The position numbers and the translations under genes are program-made. This document shows positions 32,223 through 42,379 of a stretch of 64,000 nt of DNA, in pieces (positions within the stretch are counted from its first letter, which is position 1; each line of letters begins with the position of its first letter). The notes below the pieces were generated by a model. The model had not been told where the DNA came from. It ran no database searches and saw only the letters and a program-made list of their open reading frames with translations. The DNA comes from Candidatus Eiseniibacteriota bacterium (GTDB lineage Bacteria > Eisenbacteria > RBG-16-71-46), in NCBI GenBank assembly GCA_963744995.1, contig CAVUWA010000002.1, positions 1 to 64,000 of the forward strand, read 5' to 3'.

Positions 32223-33839
32223 ATGCGCCGCGTCGCCATGCTCACGTTTGCCGTTCTCGTGCTGCTCGGCGGCGCCGCGCCGGTCGCGCACGCCGCGATC
32301 CCGCCCGAGTGGGTGCCGCGCTGGCGCGCGGATCTCGACACGCTCGCCGCGAAGCTGCCCGCGATGCACGCGAACCTGTTCCACGCGATGCCGCGCGATT
32401 CGTTCGAGGGGCGCATCGCGCGGCTGAAGCACGCGGTGCCCGGCATGACGCACGCCGAGATCGCGGTCGCGCTCGCCGGGCTGGTGGCGGACGTGCGCGA
32501 CGGCCACACGCGGCTCACCCTGCCGGTGGATCCGGCCGCGGGCTTCTTCGGCGGGCACTCGTCGACGCCGGATCCGAAGATCGACGCGCTGAAGTTCCAC
32601 CAGCTGCCGATCCGGCTCTACCTCTATGAGGACGGTCTCTACGTGCGCCGCGTCGGCCGCGCCCACGCGAACGCCGCGGGGGCGAAGGTGCTGCGTATCG
32701 GCGACATGAGCGCCGCAGACGCGATGCGCGTCGTCGAGCCGATCGTCCAGCGCGACAATGCTGCGCAGCTTTCGAACCTGCTGCCGGACTTCCTGGTGGT
32801 GTCCGAGGTGCTCGCCGCGCGCGGGGTGAGCCGCGACCCCGGTCATGCGGACTACGTGGTGCGGACGCGTGAGGGCCGTACGCTCACGCTCGATCTGGCC
32901 GCGGTGCCGCTCGGCGGCGCGGTCGACTGGGCCGACGCCCGCGACGGGGCGCCCGCGCCCGCGCCGCTCTACCTGCGCGATCGCGGGAAGAACTACTGGT
33001 TCGAGCCGGTCGCGGACGATCGCATCGTCTACTGCCAGTACAACGAGGTGTACGACCAGGACGACGAGACGCTCGACGCGTTCGCGGACCGCCTGTTCGG
33101 CTACGTGGACACGCATCCGGTCGAGGCGCTGGTGCTCGACATCCGCGCGAACCCGGGCGGCAACAACGCGCGCAACCGGCCGCTGCTCATGGGGCTCATC
33201 CGCTGCGCGAAGCTGCGGGCGCCGGGACGCCTGTTCGTGATCGCGGGGCGCGGCACGTTCTCGGCGGCGATGATGTTCGCGCTCGACGTGGAGAAATACA
33301 CCCACGCGATCTTCGTCGGCGAGGAGACCGGCGCGCGTCCCAACCACTACGGCGACTCGCGCAAGCTCACGCTGCCGAACTCGGGGCTCACCGTGCGCGT
33401 CTCGACGCTCTACTGGCAGTACTCGGACCCGCGTGACGACCGCGCTGCGATTGCGCCCCAGGTGCCGGCGCCGCTGACCTCGGCCGACTACGCGGCGAAC
33501 CGCGATCCGGCGATGGACGCGATTCGTGGCATGGTGCTGGGGCCGCCCGCGGCGCCGGCGCTCGACGGCAGGCGGGAGGGTGTCCTCTACGCCGGCACCG
33601 GCGCCTACGCCTACGCGCTCGAGCGCGCGGGCAACGAGCTCACGTTTGCCTCGCCCGATCTGGGCGTCGAGGCGCTCGGTGTCACGCACCTCGAGAACGA
33701 CGCGACGCACCTCGCCTTCGACGTGCCGATCGAGTCGAGTCCGATGCACATCGAAGGCCGCTGGATGGGCGGCTGGTTCGTGGGCACCGCGACGATCCCG
33801 AAGAACGGTTCCTACCTGACGCTGATCCCGGCGCAATAG
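32223..33839 (+). CDS. Secreted S41-family-like peptidase
   Basis: Signal peptide; DGHT, LVLDIRANPGG, TFSAA, GEETG. Confidence 0.8.
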   Translation: MRRVAMLTFAVLVLLGGAAPVAHAAIPPEWVPRWRADLDTLAAKLPAMHANLFHAMPRDSFEGRIARLKHAVPGMTHAEIAVALAGLVADVRDGHTRLTLPVDPAAGFFGGHSSTPDPKIDALKFHQLPIRLYLYEDGLYVRRVGRAHANAAGAKVLRIGDMSAADAMRVVEPIVQRDNAAQLSNLLPDFLVVSEVLAARGVSRDPGHADYVVRTREGRTLTLDLAAVPLGGAVDWADARDGAPAPAPLYLRDRGKNYWFEPVADDRIVYCQYNEVYDQDDETLDAFADRLFGYVDTHPVEALVLDIRANPGGNNARNRPLLMGLIRCAKLRAPGRLFVIAGRGTFSAAMMFALDVEKYTHAIFVGEETGARPNHYGDSRKLTLPNSGLTVRVSTLYWQYSDPRDDRAAIAPQVPAPLTSADYAANRDPAMDAIRGMVLGPPAAPALDGRREGVLYAGTGAYAYALERAGNELTFASPDLGVEALGVTHLENDATHLAFDVPIESSPMHIEGRWMGGWFVGTATIPKNGSYLTLIPAQ

Positions 33840-34010
33840 CGCGGCCTGCGGGATCGCGGCGGTGCGCCGGCGCGCGGCGCGGGCGGCCGCCCCGCCGGCG
33901 CCCGCGCCGTTCGACGGCGCCCGCGGGGGCAGCGATTCGGGCCGCCGGCGTCGCGGCGGCGCCCGCCGCGCCGGCTCAAGCCCGCGCCCCGCCCCGGCCG
34001 ATACCCGGGC

Positions 34011-34688
34011 ATGTTCACCTCCCTGCGCATCGCGCTGCCGGCGCTCGGCGCCGCGCTGCCCGACGCGGCGCTCGCCGCCGTGTTCCTCGCCGCGTGGATC
34101 GCGCCCGCACGCATGGGCGACGGCATCGTCGGCTGGTGCCTGCTCGTCATGCTGCTCGAGTTCGTGATCGTGCACTCGTCGGTGTTCCTCGGGAATCTGC
34201 TGCTCGCGGCCGGCGACCGGATGAAGCGACTGCAGACCGGCATGGCGATCGGCGGCTTCTACACGATGTTCGTCGCCGGCTTCGCGGTGGCATTCCACTC
34301 GTGGTGGCCGCTCGTGAATTTCTGGGGCCTCACGGCCAAGCGCCTCGCCAGCGTGTTCGCCGGCGTCGTCCCCTCGGGCGAAGAGAAGATGCTGATGCGC
34401 CGCACCTGGGCGGCCTCGGTGATGTTCTACCTGCTCGGCGTGTTCGTGACCGTATTCCTGCCGGTGCCGCGGCTCGGCATCACGCGCGAGGTCGTGCGCA
34501 CCGCGCACCTGCCGTCGAGCGGCCTGTGGGTCGCCCATCCCGAGCGCGTCGTCGCCTTCGGATTCCTGTACTTTGCGCTGATGGCGATCTCGGGTCTGAA
34601 CGGCCACCGCTGGGCGCAGAGCGGCATTCCTAAGGACGCCGCCGACGCGGCCGCCGCGCGCGGCGACGCGGGCCACCGCGCCGCGTGA
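34011..34688 (+). CDS. Multi-pass membrane protein (paralog A)
   Basis: About six TM segments; LLEFVIVHS, LPVPRLGIT, HPERVVAFG. Confidence 0.8.
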   Translation: MFTSLRIALPALGAALPDAALAAVFLAAWIAPARMGDGIVGWCLLVMLLEFVIVHSSVFLGNLLLAAGDRMKRLQTGMAIGGFYTMFVAGFAVAFHSWWPLVNFWGLTAKRLASVFAGVVPSGEEKMLMRRTWAASVMFYLLGVFVTVFLPVPRLGITREVVRTAHLPSSGLWVAHPERVVAFGFLYFALMAISGLNGHRWAQSGIPKDAADAAAARGDAGHRAA

Positions 34689-35332
34689 ACGGCCCGCGCG
34701 CGGGATTCCCGCCGCCGGCGCTGGCCGGTCCGGGCTCGGCGCTCCCCGACTTCGCCCTAGCCGTGGTGTTCGCGGCCGCGTGGATCCATCCCGCGAGCCT
34801 TCCCGACCGGACCGTCGCCTGGTGCGTGCTGGTGATCCTGCTCGAGTTCTTCGTCGTGCACTCGGCCGGCTTCACGGGCTTCGTGATGACCGGCGGCCAG
34901 CCGCCGCAGAAGAAGCTGCTCGGCATGCTGGGGCTCGGCGCGTTCTACACGCTGCTGCTCGGCGGGATCGCGATCTCGGCCGGGTCGTGGTGGCTGCTGG
35001 CGAGCTTCTGGGCGCTGATGCTGAACCGCATGCTGAGCGGCCTGTTCGTACGCGGCGGCGACGGCGAGCGCATGTTCGTGATGGCGTCGTGGGCGGTGAG
35101 CGTCTTCTTCTATATCGTGTTCGTCATGCTCACCTGCATCCTGCCGATCCCGCGGCTCGGGATCACGCCCGCCGTGGTGGGCGCGCAGGGCTTCACGATC
35201 GGCGGTCTGTGGACCAGCGAGCCGCACCGCGCGGTCGCCTGCGGCGCGTTCTACTTCTTCGCGATGGGCGTGTCGGAGCTGTTCATGCACCGCTGGATGG
35301 GCGGCCGCGCGCGCGTGCCCGAGCCGGCCTGA
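34685..35332 (+). CDS. Multi-pass membrane protein (paralog B)
   Basis: GTGA overlap; LLEFFVVHS, LPIPRLGIT, EPHRAVACG, collinear with paralog A. Confidence 0.8.
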   Translation: MNGPRAGFPPPALAGPGSALPDFALAVVFAAAWIHPASLPDRTVAWCVLVILLEFFVVHSAGFTGFVMTGGQPPQKKLLGMLGLGAFYTLLLGGIAISAGSWWLLASFWALMLNRMLSGLFVRGGDGERMFVMASWAVSVFFYIVFVMLTCILPIPRLGITPAVVGAQGFTIGGLWTSEPHRAVACGAFYFFAMGVSELFMHRWMGGRARVPEPA

Positions 35333-35430
35333 GCGCCGCGCGCGCCGCGCCCGCGGCGCAGCGACGCCGTGCCGGTGTCCGCCGCACGGCGGCGGCCGCG
35401 GCGGCCTCGCCGGGCCCGCCGGCACACGAA

Positions 35431-35456
35431 ACGAGGGGGCCCGAAAGCCCCCTCGT
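35431..35456. terminator. Hairpin terminator between convergent genes
   Basis: ACGAGGGGGC-ccgaaa-GCCCCCTCGT perfect 10-bp stem. Confidence 0.7.
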
Positions 35457-35479
35457 CCCGCTGCGAATGTCCGGCCCGG

Positions 35480-38218
35480 TCATCGCACCCGGATCACCCG
35501 CTGCGTGAGCGCCTCGCCGTCCACGCTCAGCTTCACCATGTAGATGCCGGGCGGCAGCGACCGTCCCGCCTCGTCGGTGAAGTCCCATCGCTGTGCGTGC
35601 TCACCCGCCGGCATGCGCCGCGCCGCGAACCGCCGCACGCGGCGTCCATTCACGTCGAACGCCTCGAGTGCCACGTCCGCCTCCCGCGGCAGCGTGTAGC
35701 GGATGGTGGTCGCCAGGCGCGCCGGATTCGGGGCGAGCGGCGCCATCCACAGGCCACGCGGCACGCCGTCGCCGACGTCGACCGTCGACGGAATCACGGC
35801 GACCACATAGTCCTCGGTCTCGCCGTCCTGGAAGTACCCGTTCGGCTCGCTGACGGAGCCGTTCCAGGGGAAGTCATCCTTGACCGGCTGCGGGGTGAGC
35901 GTGATCCGCATCCAGGCGAGGCCGGTGCTGTCGGCGACCTCGATCGACGGCGTGCTGTACGTGCCGCAGCCCGGGATCAGGCTGATCGACTCGTTCTTGA
36001 CCGCCCACTCCGGCGTGCAGACCTTCCTGTGGAAGCAGATGGCGTTGTCGTTCCAGTCCCCGTCCTGATTCCAGTCGATCAGCACGTTGAGGTAGACCTT
36101 CTGCTCCACCGTCGCGCAGCTGTACGCGTTGAAGGTCACCGTCTGCGTCGAGCAGGCGCCGAACGCCAGCCGGTTGACGAGCCCGGCGTCGAGATCGCCG
36201 TAGCACTCGTCCTGGCCGAACACCAGGCCGAGGTTCTCCACGCAGTCGACCAGCTGCGCCGCGTCGCAGGCGCTGTTGCCGCCGCCGATGTTGACCTTGC
36301 CGTCGATCTCGCCGTCCACGCCGAGCGACGGGTCCACCGCGCTGCCGCAGCCGAGCCAGAACTTGGTGGTGTCCGAAGCGGGCACCACGTGACGCACGTA
36401 CCCGGCAGGTCCCGGCGAGGTGCCGAGCGGATCGCCGCACGCGATGTCGATCGAACCGACCGGGCCGGGGGCGAAGCAGGTGGGGAAGCGGCCGAGGGTC
36501 CCGGACGGATACGCGTTGATGTCCTCCGGCGCGTCGCCCATGTCCTGGTAGCCGAAGTCGCACGCCGTGGGGGCGGCGATCGTCACCGGATAGTCCTCGG
36601 TCTCTCCGCCGGTGAACGTGCCGATGAGCGGAGATTCCGAACCCTCCCACGGGAAGTTGTCCGACACCGGAACGAGCGTCACGGTCACGCGCATCCAGCC
36701 CTCGCCTTCGTACGGCCCCGCGAGGATCGCCGGCGTGAGGAGCGGCGTGCAACCGGGCGCCAGCGTCACGGCGAAATTCTTGAGCGCCCACTCGTACGCG
36801 CATTGCTGCTGGGTCTCGTCGCAGAAGAAGTTGTCGTTCCAGTCGCCGTCGCGGTTCCAGTCGACGAGCACGTTCACATACGCCACGACCGCCGCGGCGC
36901 CGCAGTTGTAGAGGCTCAGGCGCACTCTGGTCGTGTCGCAGCTCGTGAACTGGACCGGCGCGGCCACGCCGGCGTCGGTGTCGCCGTAGCACTCGTCCTG
37001 GCCGAACTGCATGCCGAAGGCGTTCTCGACGCAGTCCACCGGGATCTGCGAACACATGCTCGTCGCGCTGCCGTCGTCGTTGCTCTTGCCGTCGGTTTCG
37101 GAATCGACCGAGCCCGGCGGTACCGCGGTGCAGCCGAGCCATACCGCCGGGTCGCCCGCATGACGCACGTGACGCACGTAGCCGGTCGGGCCCGGGGGTG
37201 TGCTGAGTGGCGGACAGGCGATTTCCTGCGTTCCCGGGCCGGTGCTGAATGCACAGGTCGGGAAGTGGCCCGGGATCCCCGGGTACGCCATGAACTCTTC
37301 GGGCGCATCGCCGAAGTCCTGATACTCGGGGCAGGCGGAGGTCGACGAGCCGATCTTCACCGGATAGTCCTCGGTTTCCCCGCGCTTGAGGAAGCCGTCG
37401 CCGGCGGCCCCGGCGGAGCCCAGCCACGGGAAGTCGTCGGTGACGATCTCGTCGCTGATCGTGATCCGCATCCAGCCGTCGCCTTCTACCGGGCCGCCGG
37501 TGAAGGCGGGGGAGGTCAGCGTGTCGCAGCCGGGCGCGATGGCGATCAGCAGGTTCTTGACCGCCCACTCGTAGGCGCACAACTGCGCCGGCTCGTCGCA
37601 GAACAGGTTGTCGTTCCAGTCGCCGTCGTGATTCCAGTCGACCAGCACGTTCAGCCACACGTGCTGCGTGTCGGCCGAGCAGTTGTAGGTGGCGAACGTC
37701 ACCGTGGACGGGGCGCAGGTGACGAGGTTCGTCGAGATGAGCCCGGCGTCATTGCTGCCGGTGCACTCGTCCTGACCGAAGTTGAGGCCGAACGCCGGCT
37801 CCACGCAGTCGACCAGCAGCTCGCTGCAGAAGCTCACCGAGTTGCCGGACGAGTTCGTCTTGCCGTCCCGTTCGCTGTCGACGCCCAGCGGCGTGGTGCC
37901 CACCGCGCCGCAGCCGAGCCAGTAGTTGGCGAGCCCGGCGACCGAGACGTGCCGGACGAAACCGGCCGGACCGGGCAGCGAGCTGATCGGCGTACATGAC
38001 GCTTCCTGCGTGCCGACCGGGCCAGGGGTGGAGCAGGTCGGGAACCTGCCGATCACCCCGGCGTAGGCGTCGCTGCCTTCCGGCGCGTCGCCCCAGTCTT
38101 CGATCTGGCGCTGGCAGTCGTCGCCACCGTCGACGTCGGTGGCGAGGGTCGCAGTCGGGAACACGAGCAACGTTCCGGCTGCGATGGCGAAGATGCAGAT
38201 CCGCGGTGCGTTGAACAC
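35480..38218 (-). CDS. Secreted Cys-rich protein with three GEVED-type repeats and FlgD-Ig tail
   Basis: GTG start with GGAGG RBS; three DxGDAP...DWNxDGDWND...GETEDY units; APNPAR...FDVNGRRV...WDFTDEAG..LPPGIY. Confidence 0.9.
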   Translation of the reverse strand: MFNAPRICIFAIAAGTLLVFPTATLATDVDGGDDCQRQIEDWGDAPEGSDAYAGVIGRFPTCSTPGPVGTQEASCTPISSLPGPAGFVRHVSVAGLANYWLGCGAVGTTPLGVDSERDGKTNSSGNSVSFCSELLVDCVEPAFGLNFGQDECTGSNDAGLISTNLVTCAPSTVTFATYNCSADTQHVWLNVLVDWNHDGDWNDNLFCDEPAQLCAYEWAVKNLLIAIAPGCDTLTSPAFTGGPVEGDGWMRITISDEIVTDDFPWLGSAGAAGDGFLKRGETEDYPVKIGSSTSACPEYQDFGDAPEEFMAYPGIPGHFPTCAFSTGPGTQEIACPPLSTPPGPTGYVRHVRHAGDPAVWLGCTAVPPGSVDSETDGKSNDDGSATSMCSQIPVDCVENAFGMQFGQDECYGDTDAGVAAPVQFTSCDTTRVRLSLYNCGAAAVVAYVNVLVDWNRDGDWNDNFFCDETQQQCAYEWALKNFAVTLAPGCTPLLTPAILAGPYEGEGWMRVTVTLVPVSDNFPWEGSESPLIGTFTGGETEDYPVTIAAPTACDFGYQDMGDAPEDINAYPSGTLGRFPTCFAPGPVGSIDIACGDPLGTSPGPAGYVRHVVPASDTTKFWLGCGSAVDPSLGVDGEIDGKVNIGGGNSACDAAQLVDCVENLGLVFGQDECYGDLDAGLVNRLAFGACSTQTVTFNAYSCATVEQKVYLNVLIDWNQDGDWNDNAICFHRKVCTPEWAVKNESISLIPGCGTYSTPSIEVADSTGLAWMRITLTPQPVKDDFPWNGSVSEPNGYFQDGETEDYVVAVIPSTVDVGDGVPRGLWMAPLAPNPARLATTIRYTLPREADVALEAFDVNGRRVRRFAARRMPAGEHAQRWDFTDEAGRSLPPGIYMVKLSVDGEALTQRVIRVR

Positions 38219-38382
38219 GGCGACCTCCCTGGGAGAGGGGACCACGAGGAGGCTCGGCCCCGGCGCGATGAAGCGCCGAAGCGAGACGTGGCTGACCCGG
38301 AGGCAAGGCAGGGGAGGGCGCGGCCGGTCCGCGGAGTGTGCCCCCGACCGCCGGCATCGCCAAAAAGAAAAGCCGTGCCAGC

Positions 38383-38397
38383 GCAGGCCGCGTGCCG
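38383..38397 (-). promoter_or_regulatory. Putative sigma54 -24/-12 promoter
   Basis: Minus strand CGGCAC-GCGGC-CTGC, immediately followed by a degenerate TGGCAC-GGCTT-TTCT; about 165 nt upstream of the GEVED gene. Confidence 0.45.
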
Positions 38398-38614
38398 GCC
38401 GCGAAAGCCGACCTCGCCACGGGCGCTGCGCTCAATGCGGTCTCCGCGCGCGAGTTGGAGCGCCGGCCCCGGATTCGGGCGCCGCGGGCCCTGAGCTTTT
38501 TTTTCGCATTGCAATCGGAGGTCCGGGCCCCAATGCTCCGACGGTTCGTACTGGCGCGACGCGGGGCGACGACCCCCGGCGCGCAACCCACGACCCTTCC
38601 GGGGAGGACGCATC

Positions 38615-39556
38615 ATGCTTGGAACGAATTCGATGCGGCGCATCCGCTTGCTGCTCGCGCTGGCGGGCATCCTCGCGGTCGCCGCCTCGCCGGCGTTCGC
38701 AAAAGACAAGGCCGAAGAAGATGACGGGATTCCGGTCTGCGATCACAAGATCGGCACGGTCGCCGTCAAGGAGCCCGAGACCAACTGGTGGCGCGAATAC
38801 AACCTCGAATCGCCCGAGGCGCTCATCAAGGTGTTCGTGTCGGAGTCCAAGTGCTTCACGCTGGTGGACCGCGGCAAGGGTCTCCAGGCCGCGCAGCAGG
38901 AGCGCGCGCTCGCCTCGAGCGGCGAGATGCGTGTGGGCTCGAACGTCGGCAAGGGCCAGATGAAGGCGGCCGATTACGTGCTGGTGCCGGACATCGTCAA
39001 CAAGAACGCGAACTCGAGCGGCAAGAAGATCGGCGGCCTGCTGGGCGGTATCGTCGGCGGCAAGGCCGGCGCGGTGCTCGGCGGCGTGAACCTCAAGAGC
39101 AAGACCGCCGACGTGGTGCTGACCCTCACCGACGTGCGCTCGACCGAGCAGGTCGCGCTGGTCAAGGGCCACGCGAAGAAGACCAACGTCGGCTGGGGCG
39201 CGGGCGCCGGCGCCTTCTGGGGCGGCTTCGCCGCCGCCGGCGCGAGCAGCTACGCCAACACCGAGATCGGCCAGGTCGTGGCGATGGCCTACCTCGACGC
39301 CTACAAGAAACTGGTCGCCGAGGTGCAGGCGAACACCCCGAACGCGAAGGAAGACAACGTCGGCCAGGCGGTCACGATGTCGAAGCCGGGCCGCATGTAC
39401 GCGAAGCCCGATCCGAAGTCCGAGGTCGTGCGCGAACTCGACCCGGGCATGATGCTGTATCCGACCGGCGAGAAGTCGGGCGTGTGGTGGAAGGTGTCCG
39501 ACGAGCTCGGCAACGAGGGCTGGGTCTCGTCGGTGCTGTTCAAGCTCGCCAGGTAG
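38615..39556 (+). CDS. CsgG/HfaB-family protein with C-terminal SH3-like domain
   Basis: Signal peptide; SKCFTLVDRG, QERAL, AADYVL; tail WWKVSDELGNEGWVS. Confidence 0.85.
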   Translation: MLGTNSMRRIRLLLALAGILAVAASPAFAKDKAEEDDGIPVCDHKIGTVAVKEPETNWWREYNLESPEALIKVFVSESKCFTLVDRGKGLQAAQQERALASSGEMRVGSNVGKGQMKAADYVLVPDIVNKNANSSGKKIGGLLGGIVGGKAGAVLGGVNLKSKTADVVLTLTDVRSTEQVALVKGHAKKTNVGWGAGAGAFWGGFAAAGASSYANTEIGQVVAMAYLDAYKKLVAEVQANTPNAKEDNVGQAVTMSKPGRMYAKPDPKSEVVRELDPGMMLYPTGEKSGVWWKVSDELGNEGWVSSVLFKLAR

Positions 39557-39559
39557 CGC

Positions 39560-39600
39560 GCCGGGGTCCGCGGGCATCGCATGCCCCGGCGGACCCCGGC
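39560..39600. terminator. Long hairpin between convergent genes
   Basis: GCCGGGGTCCGC...GCGGACCCCGGC outer stem with inner GGGCAT/ATGCCC. Confidence 0.55.
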
Positions 39601-39674
39601 CGATGCGCTGCAGGCGCGCGCGGGCCCCCGATCTCCATCGGGGGCCCGCTGCGTTCCGCTGCGTTCCGCGGCGG

Positions 39675-40085
39675 CTACTTCGCCTTCAACGCACGCGCCG
39701 CGCGCGCGTAGTCCTTGTCCTTCACCCAGAGCATCATGCCGAACTGGCCCTTGCCGGCGCACACGGCATCCGCCGCCGTCACGTTGATGCGCCGCTCGGC
39801 GAGCCGCTCGATCTGACGCTGCACGGCCCCCACGCGATCGGCGCCCTGAATGAGGAATCCCTTCTTCGCGGGGCTCAGGCGCCAGCCGTTCTTGCGGGCG
39901 ACGCGCCGGATCGGAGCGACGGAACTCGCCACCATGTCGAGCTGCGCCTTGCCGCCCTTGACCGGAAAGCCGGAATAGGCGAGCAGATTCACGCCTTCGG
40001 CTTTGAGCGCCCCCAGCACTTCTGCTCCCTTGCCGGCCCGGTTCGGAACCGTCACGTAGCAGTAGTTGACCTTTCGAACTGCCAT
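39675..40085 (-). CDS. ACT domain-pair protein
   Basis: VPNRAGKGAEVLGALKAEGVNL and GADRVGAV..LAERRINV; GGAGG RBS. Confidence 0.8.
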   Translation of the reverse strand: MAVRKVNYCYVTVPNRAGKGAEVLGALKAEGVNLLAYSGFPVKGGKAQLDMVASSVAPIRRVARKNGWRLSPAKKGFLIQGADRVGAVQRQIERLAERRINVTAADAVCAGKGQFGMMLWVKDKDYARAARALKAK

Positions 40086-40378
40086 CGCGGACCTCCTGTC
40101 GTGGGAATGGATGGCCGCCCGCGGGCGGTTCCGGAGATCCTACGCTCACGCGCCGGATCGGCAAACAGAAAGCATGCGCGCGTCGTTGCGCGATTCCCGC
40201 CGGGCGCCGCGTCATGAGCCCGTCAAGAGTGGCGTGTCGGACACCGCGCACGTGCCGCGTGATGCTAGGTTGCCGCCATCCGGCGGCGCGTTTCCGAACG
40301 CCGCCGGAGCGAGGTTGGCTGCGGTGACTGGGCGCGGCGGCAGGTGCAGAGGGACACCTTCGTCGCGCCCGACTGTTT

Positions 40379-42379
40379 TCAGCCGCGCGGCTTTCCCGCC
40401 TGCGGCAGCCCGATCCTGCCGACCAGGGCGTCGAATTCCGGCATGCCGCGCACGGCGTCCATGCGCGGATCCGCGTTCAGCATGATCAGGTCGATCTCGC
40501 GCGCCTCGAACGAGCGCTCGAGCCATTTGAGCGCTTCCTGCTTCTCGCCGAGCGCGGCGTAGTCGAGTGCGATGTCGTAGGGCGAGACGTACTCGTGACG
40601 GCTCGCCGCCACCGCCTCCGCCGCGTTCTCCGCCCGCCACTTCCGCCAGCCCTCTCGCTCGAAGCGCGCACGGGCGGCGGCCACGTCCTCCGGCGTGTGG
40701 CCCGACAGCGTCATCGCTTTCAGCGTATGGAACAGGTAGCCGTCCATGTCGCCCTTCACGAAGCACACCCACGACAGGTCGTCGTGGGCCACGTAGAAGT
40801 TGGGGTCGAGCTGCAGCGTCTTCAGCAGCTGGAAGTTCGCGTCCTCGTAGCGGCGCGCCATGAACAGCAGCCAGCCGCGATCCGAGTTGAGGATCAGCGA
40901 CAGCGGGTCCACCTCGAGCGCCCGGCGCGATTCGCGCAGCGCCTCGTCGCCGCGCCCGGTCGCGGCGAGCAGGATCGCGTACATCTCGTGCGCGGCGGCG
41001 TCGCTCGCGTTGATCGCCAGCGCGCGGCGCAGCGAGGATTCCGCCGGCTTCCAGTCCCAGTCGAACGCCATCTGGATCAGACCGAGCGCGCTCCAGCCTT
41101 CGGCGCTCGTGCTGTCGATCGCCAGTGCGCGCCCGGCGGCCGTGCGTGCCAGCGGGAACACCTCGCGCGGCGGCAGGAAGTCGTAGATCCCGACCATCGC
41201 GTAGGTGGTCGCGAGCCCGGCCCACGCCGGCGCGTAGGTCGAGTCGGCGGCGATCGCCTCGCGGTAGGCGGCGCCCGCGCGCCGGAATCCCTCCGGCGTC
41301 TGCTGGTTCCAGAAGTGCCGCGCACGCAGCACCGCGTCGTGTGCGGCCGGATTCACCTGCGTCGCGCCCGCCCGCGTCGGCGCGGGCAGCAGCTTCAGGG
41401 CCAGCGCCCGGGCGACGTGTGCGGCGATGTCGCTCTCGAGCGCGAGGACGTCACGGGCGTCGCGGTCGAACGAATCGCTCCACAGCTGGGTGCGGCGATC
41501 CACCTCGACGAGCGACGCGCTCACCCGCACGCGTTCGCCCTCGCGGCGCACGCTGCCCTCGAGCACGAAGTGCGCGCCGAGCAGCCGGCGCGCGTCGTCG
41601 AGGTCGTGCCCGGCGTCGGCGAAGCGGCGCGCCGAGGTGCGTGCGATCACCCCGAGCCTGAGCGGATCGAGCCGTCCGAGCCGCGTGATCATCTCGTCGG
41701 CGAGCCCATCGCCCAGCCACACGTCGCTCGAATCCGGACCGAGCGTGGTGAACGGCAGCACGAGCAGCGTGCGGCGCCGGCCGTCGTCGGGCGGGTGCCG
41801 GGCGACCGCGAACAGAATGACCGCGAACACGGCGACCAGCGTCATGCCGAGCGCCATGCCGGAGAGGAAGCGGCGCCGGCGGACGCCGGCGTGCTCGTCA
41901 TCGCCGGCGCCGGGCCGGGTGGCGTGGCCCGCGGCCTCATGGTGCGCCGTCGCACCCGGCGCTGCGGCCCCCCCCGTCCGCGGGCCGGCGCCGGCGTCCG
42001 CCGCCGCCCCGCCGGCACCACCCGCTGCCGCCGCGATCGGCGCGGCGTCGACCAGGAAGCGATACCCGCGGCGCGGGATGGTCTCGACGTAGCGCGGCGC
42101 ATCGGCGGAATCCTCGAGCGCCTCCCGCAGGCGCCGCACCGCGGCGTTGAGGCTGGTCTCGAAGTCCACGATCACGCCCGGCCACAGCCGCTCGTGCAGG
42201 CTCGCGCGCGTCACCAGACCGCCCTTCGCCTCGATCAGCGCGACGAGCAGCTCGAACGGCTTGTCCTGGAGCCGCACGCGGCGGCCCTCGCGGGTGAGCT
42301 CGGCCGTGGCGAGGTCGAGCTCGAACGGGCCGAAGCGGAAGCCGCGCGGCGCGCCGCCGCCCGCGGCCGCGTCAGCCAC
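40379..42379 (-). CDS. CadC-type winged-HTH / TM / TolB-N-like / TPR regulator
   Basis: FRFGPFELD, ETIPRRGYRF, LVLPF, VLEGSVR, TPR repeats. Confidence 0.92.
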   Translation of the reverse strand: MADAAAGGGAPRGFRFGPFELDLATAELTREGRRVRLQDKPFELLVALIEAKGGLVTRASLHERLWPGVIVDFETSLNAAVRRLREALEDSADAPRYVETIPRRGYRFLVDAAPIAAAAGGAGGAAADAGAGPRTGGAAAPGATAHHEAAGHATRPGAGDDEHAGVRRRRFLSGMALGMTLVAVFAVILFAVARHPPDDGRRRTLLVLPFTTLGPDSSDVWLGDGLADEMITRLGRLDPLRLGVIARTSARRFADAGHDLDDARRLLGAHFVLEGSVRREGERVRVSASLVEVDRRTQLWSDSFDRDARDVLALESDIAAHVARALALKLLPAPTRAGATQVNPAAHDAVLRARHFWNQQTPEGFRRAGAAYREAIAADSTYAPAWAGLATTYAMVGIYDFLPPREVFPLARTAAGRALAIDSTSAEGWSALGLIQMAFDWDWKPAESSLRRALAINASDAAAHEMYAILLAATGRGDEALRESRRALEVDPLSLILNSDRGWLLFMARRYEDANFQLLKTLQLDPNFYVAHDDLSWVCFVKGDMDGYLFHTLKAMTLSGHTPEDVAAARARFEREGWRKWRAENAAEAVAASRHEYVSPYDIALDYAALGEKQEALKWLERSFEAREIDLIMLNADPRMDAVRGMPEFDALVGRIGLPQAGKPRG

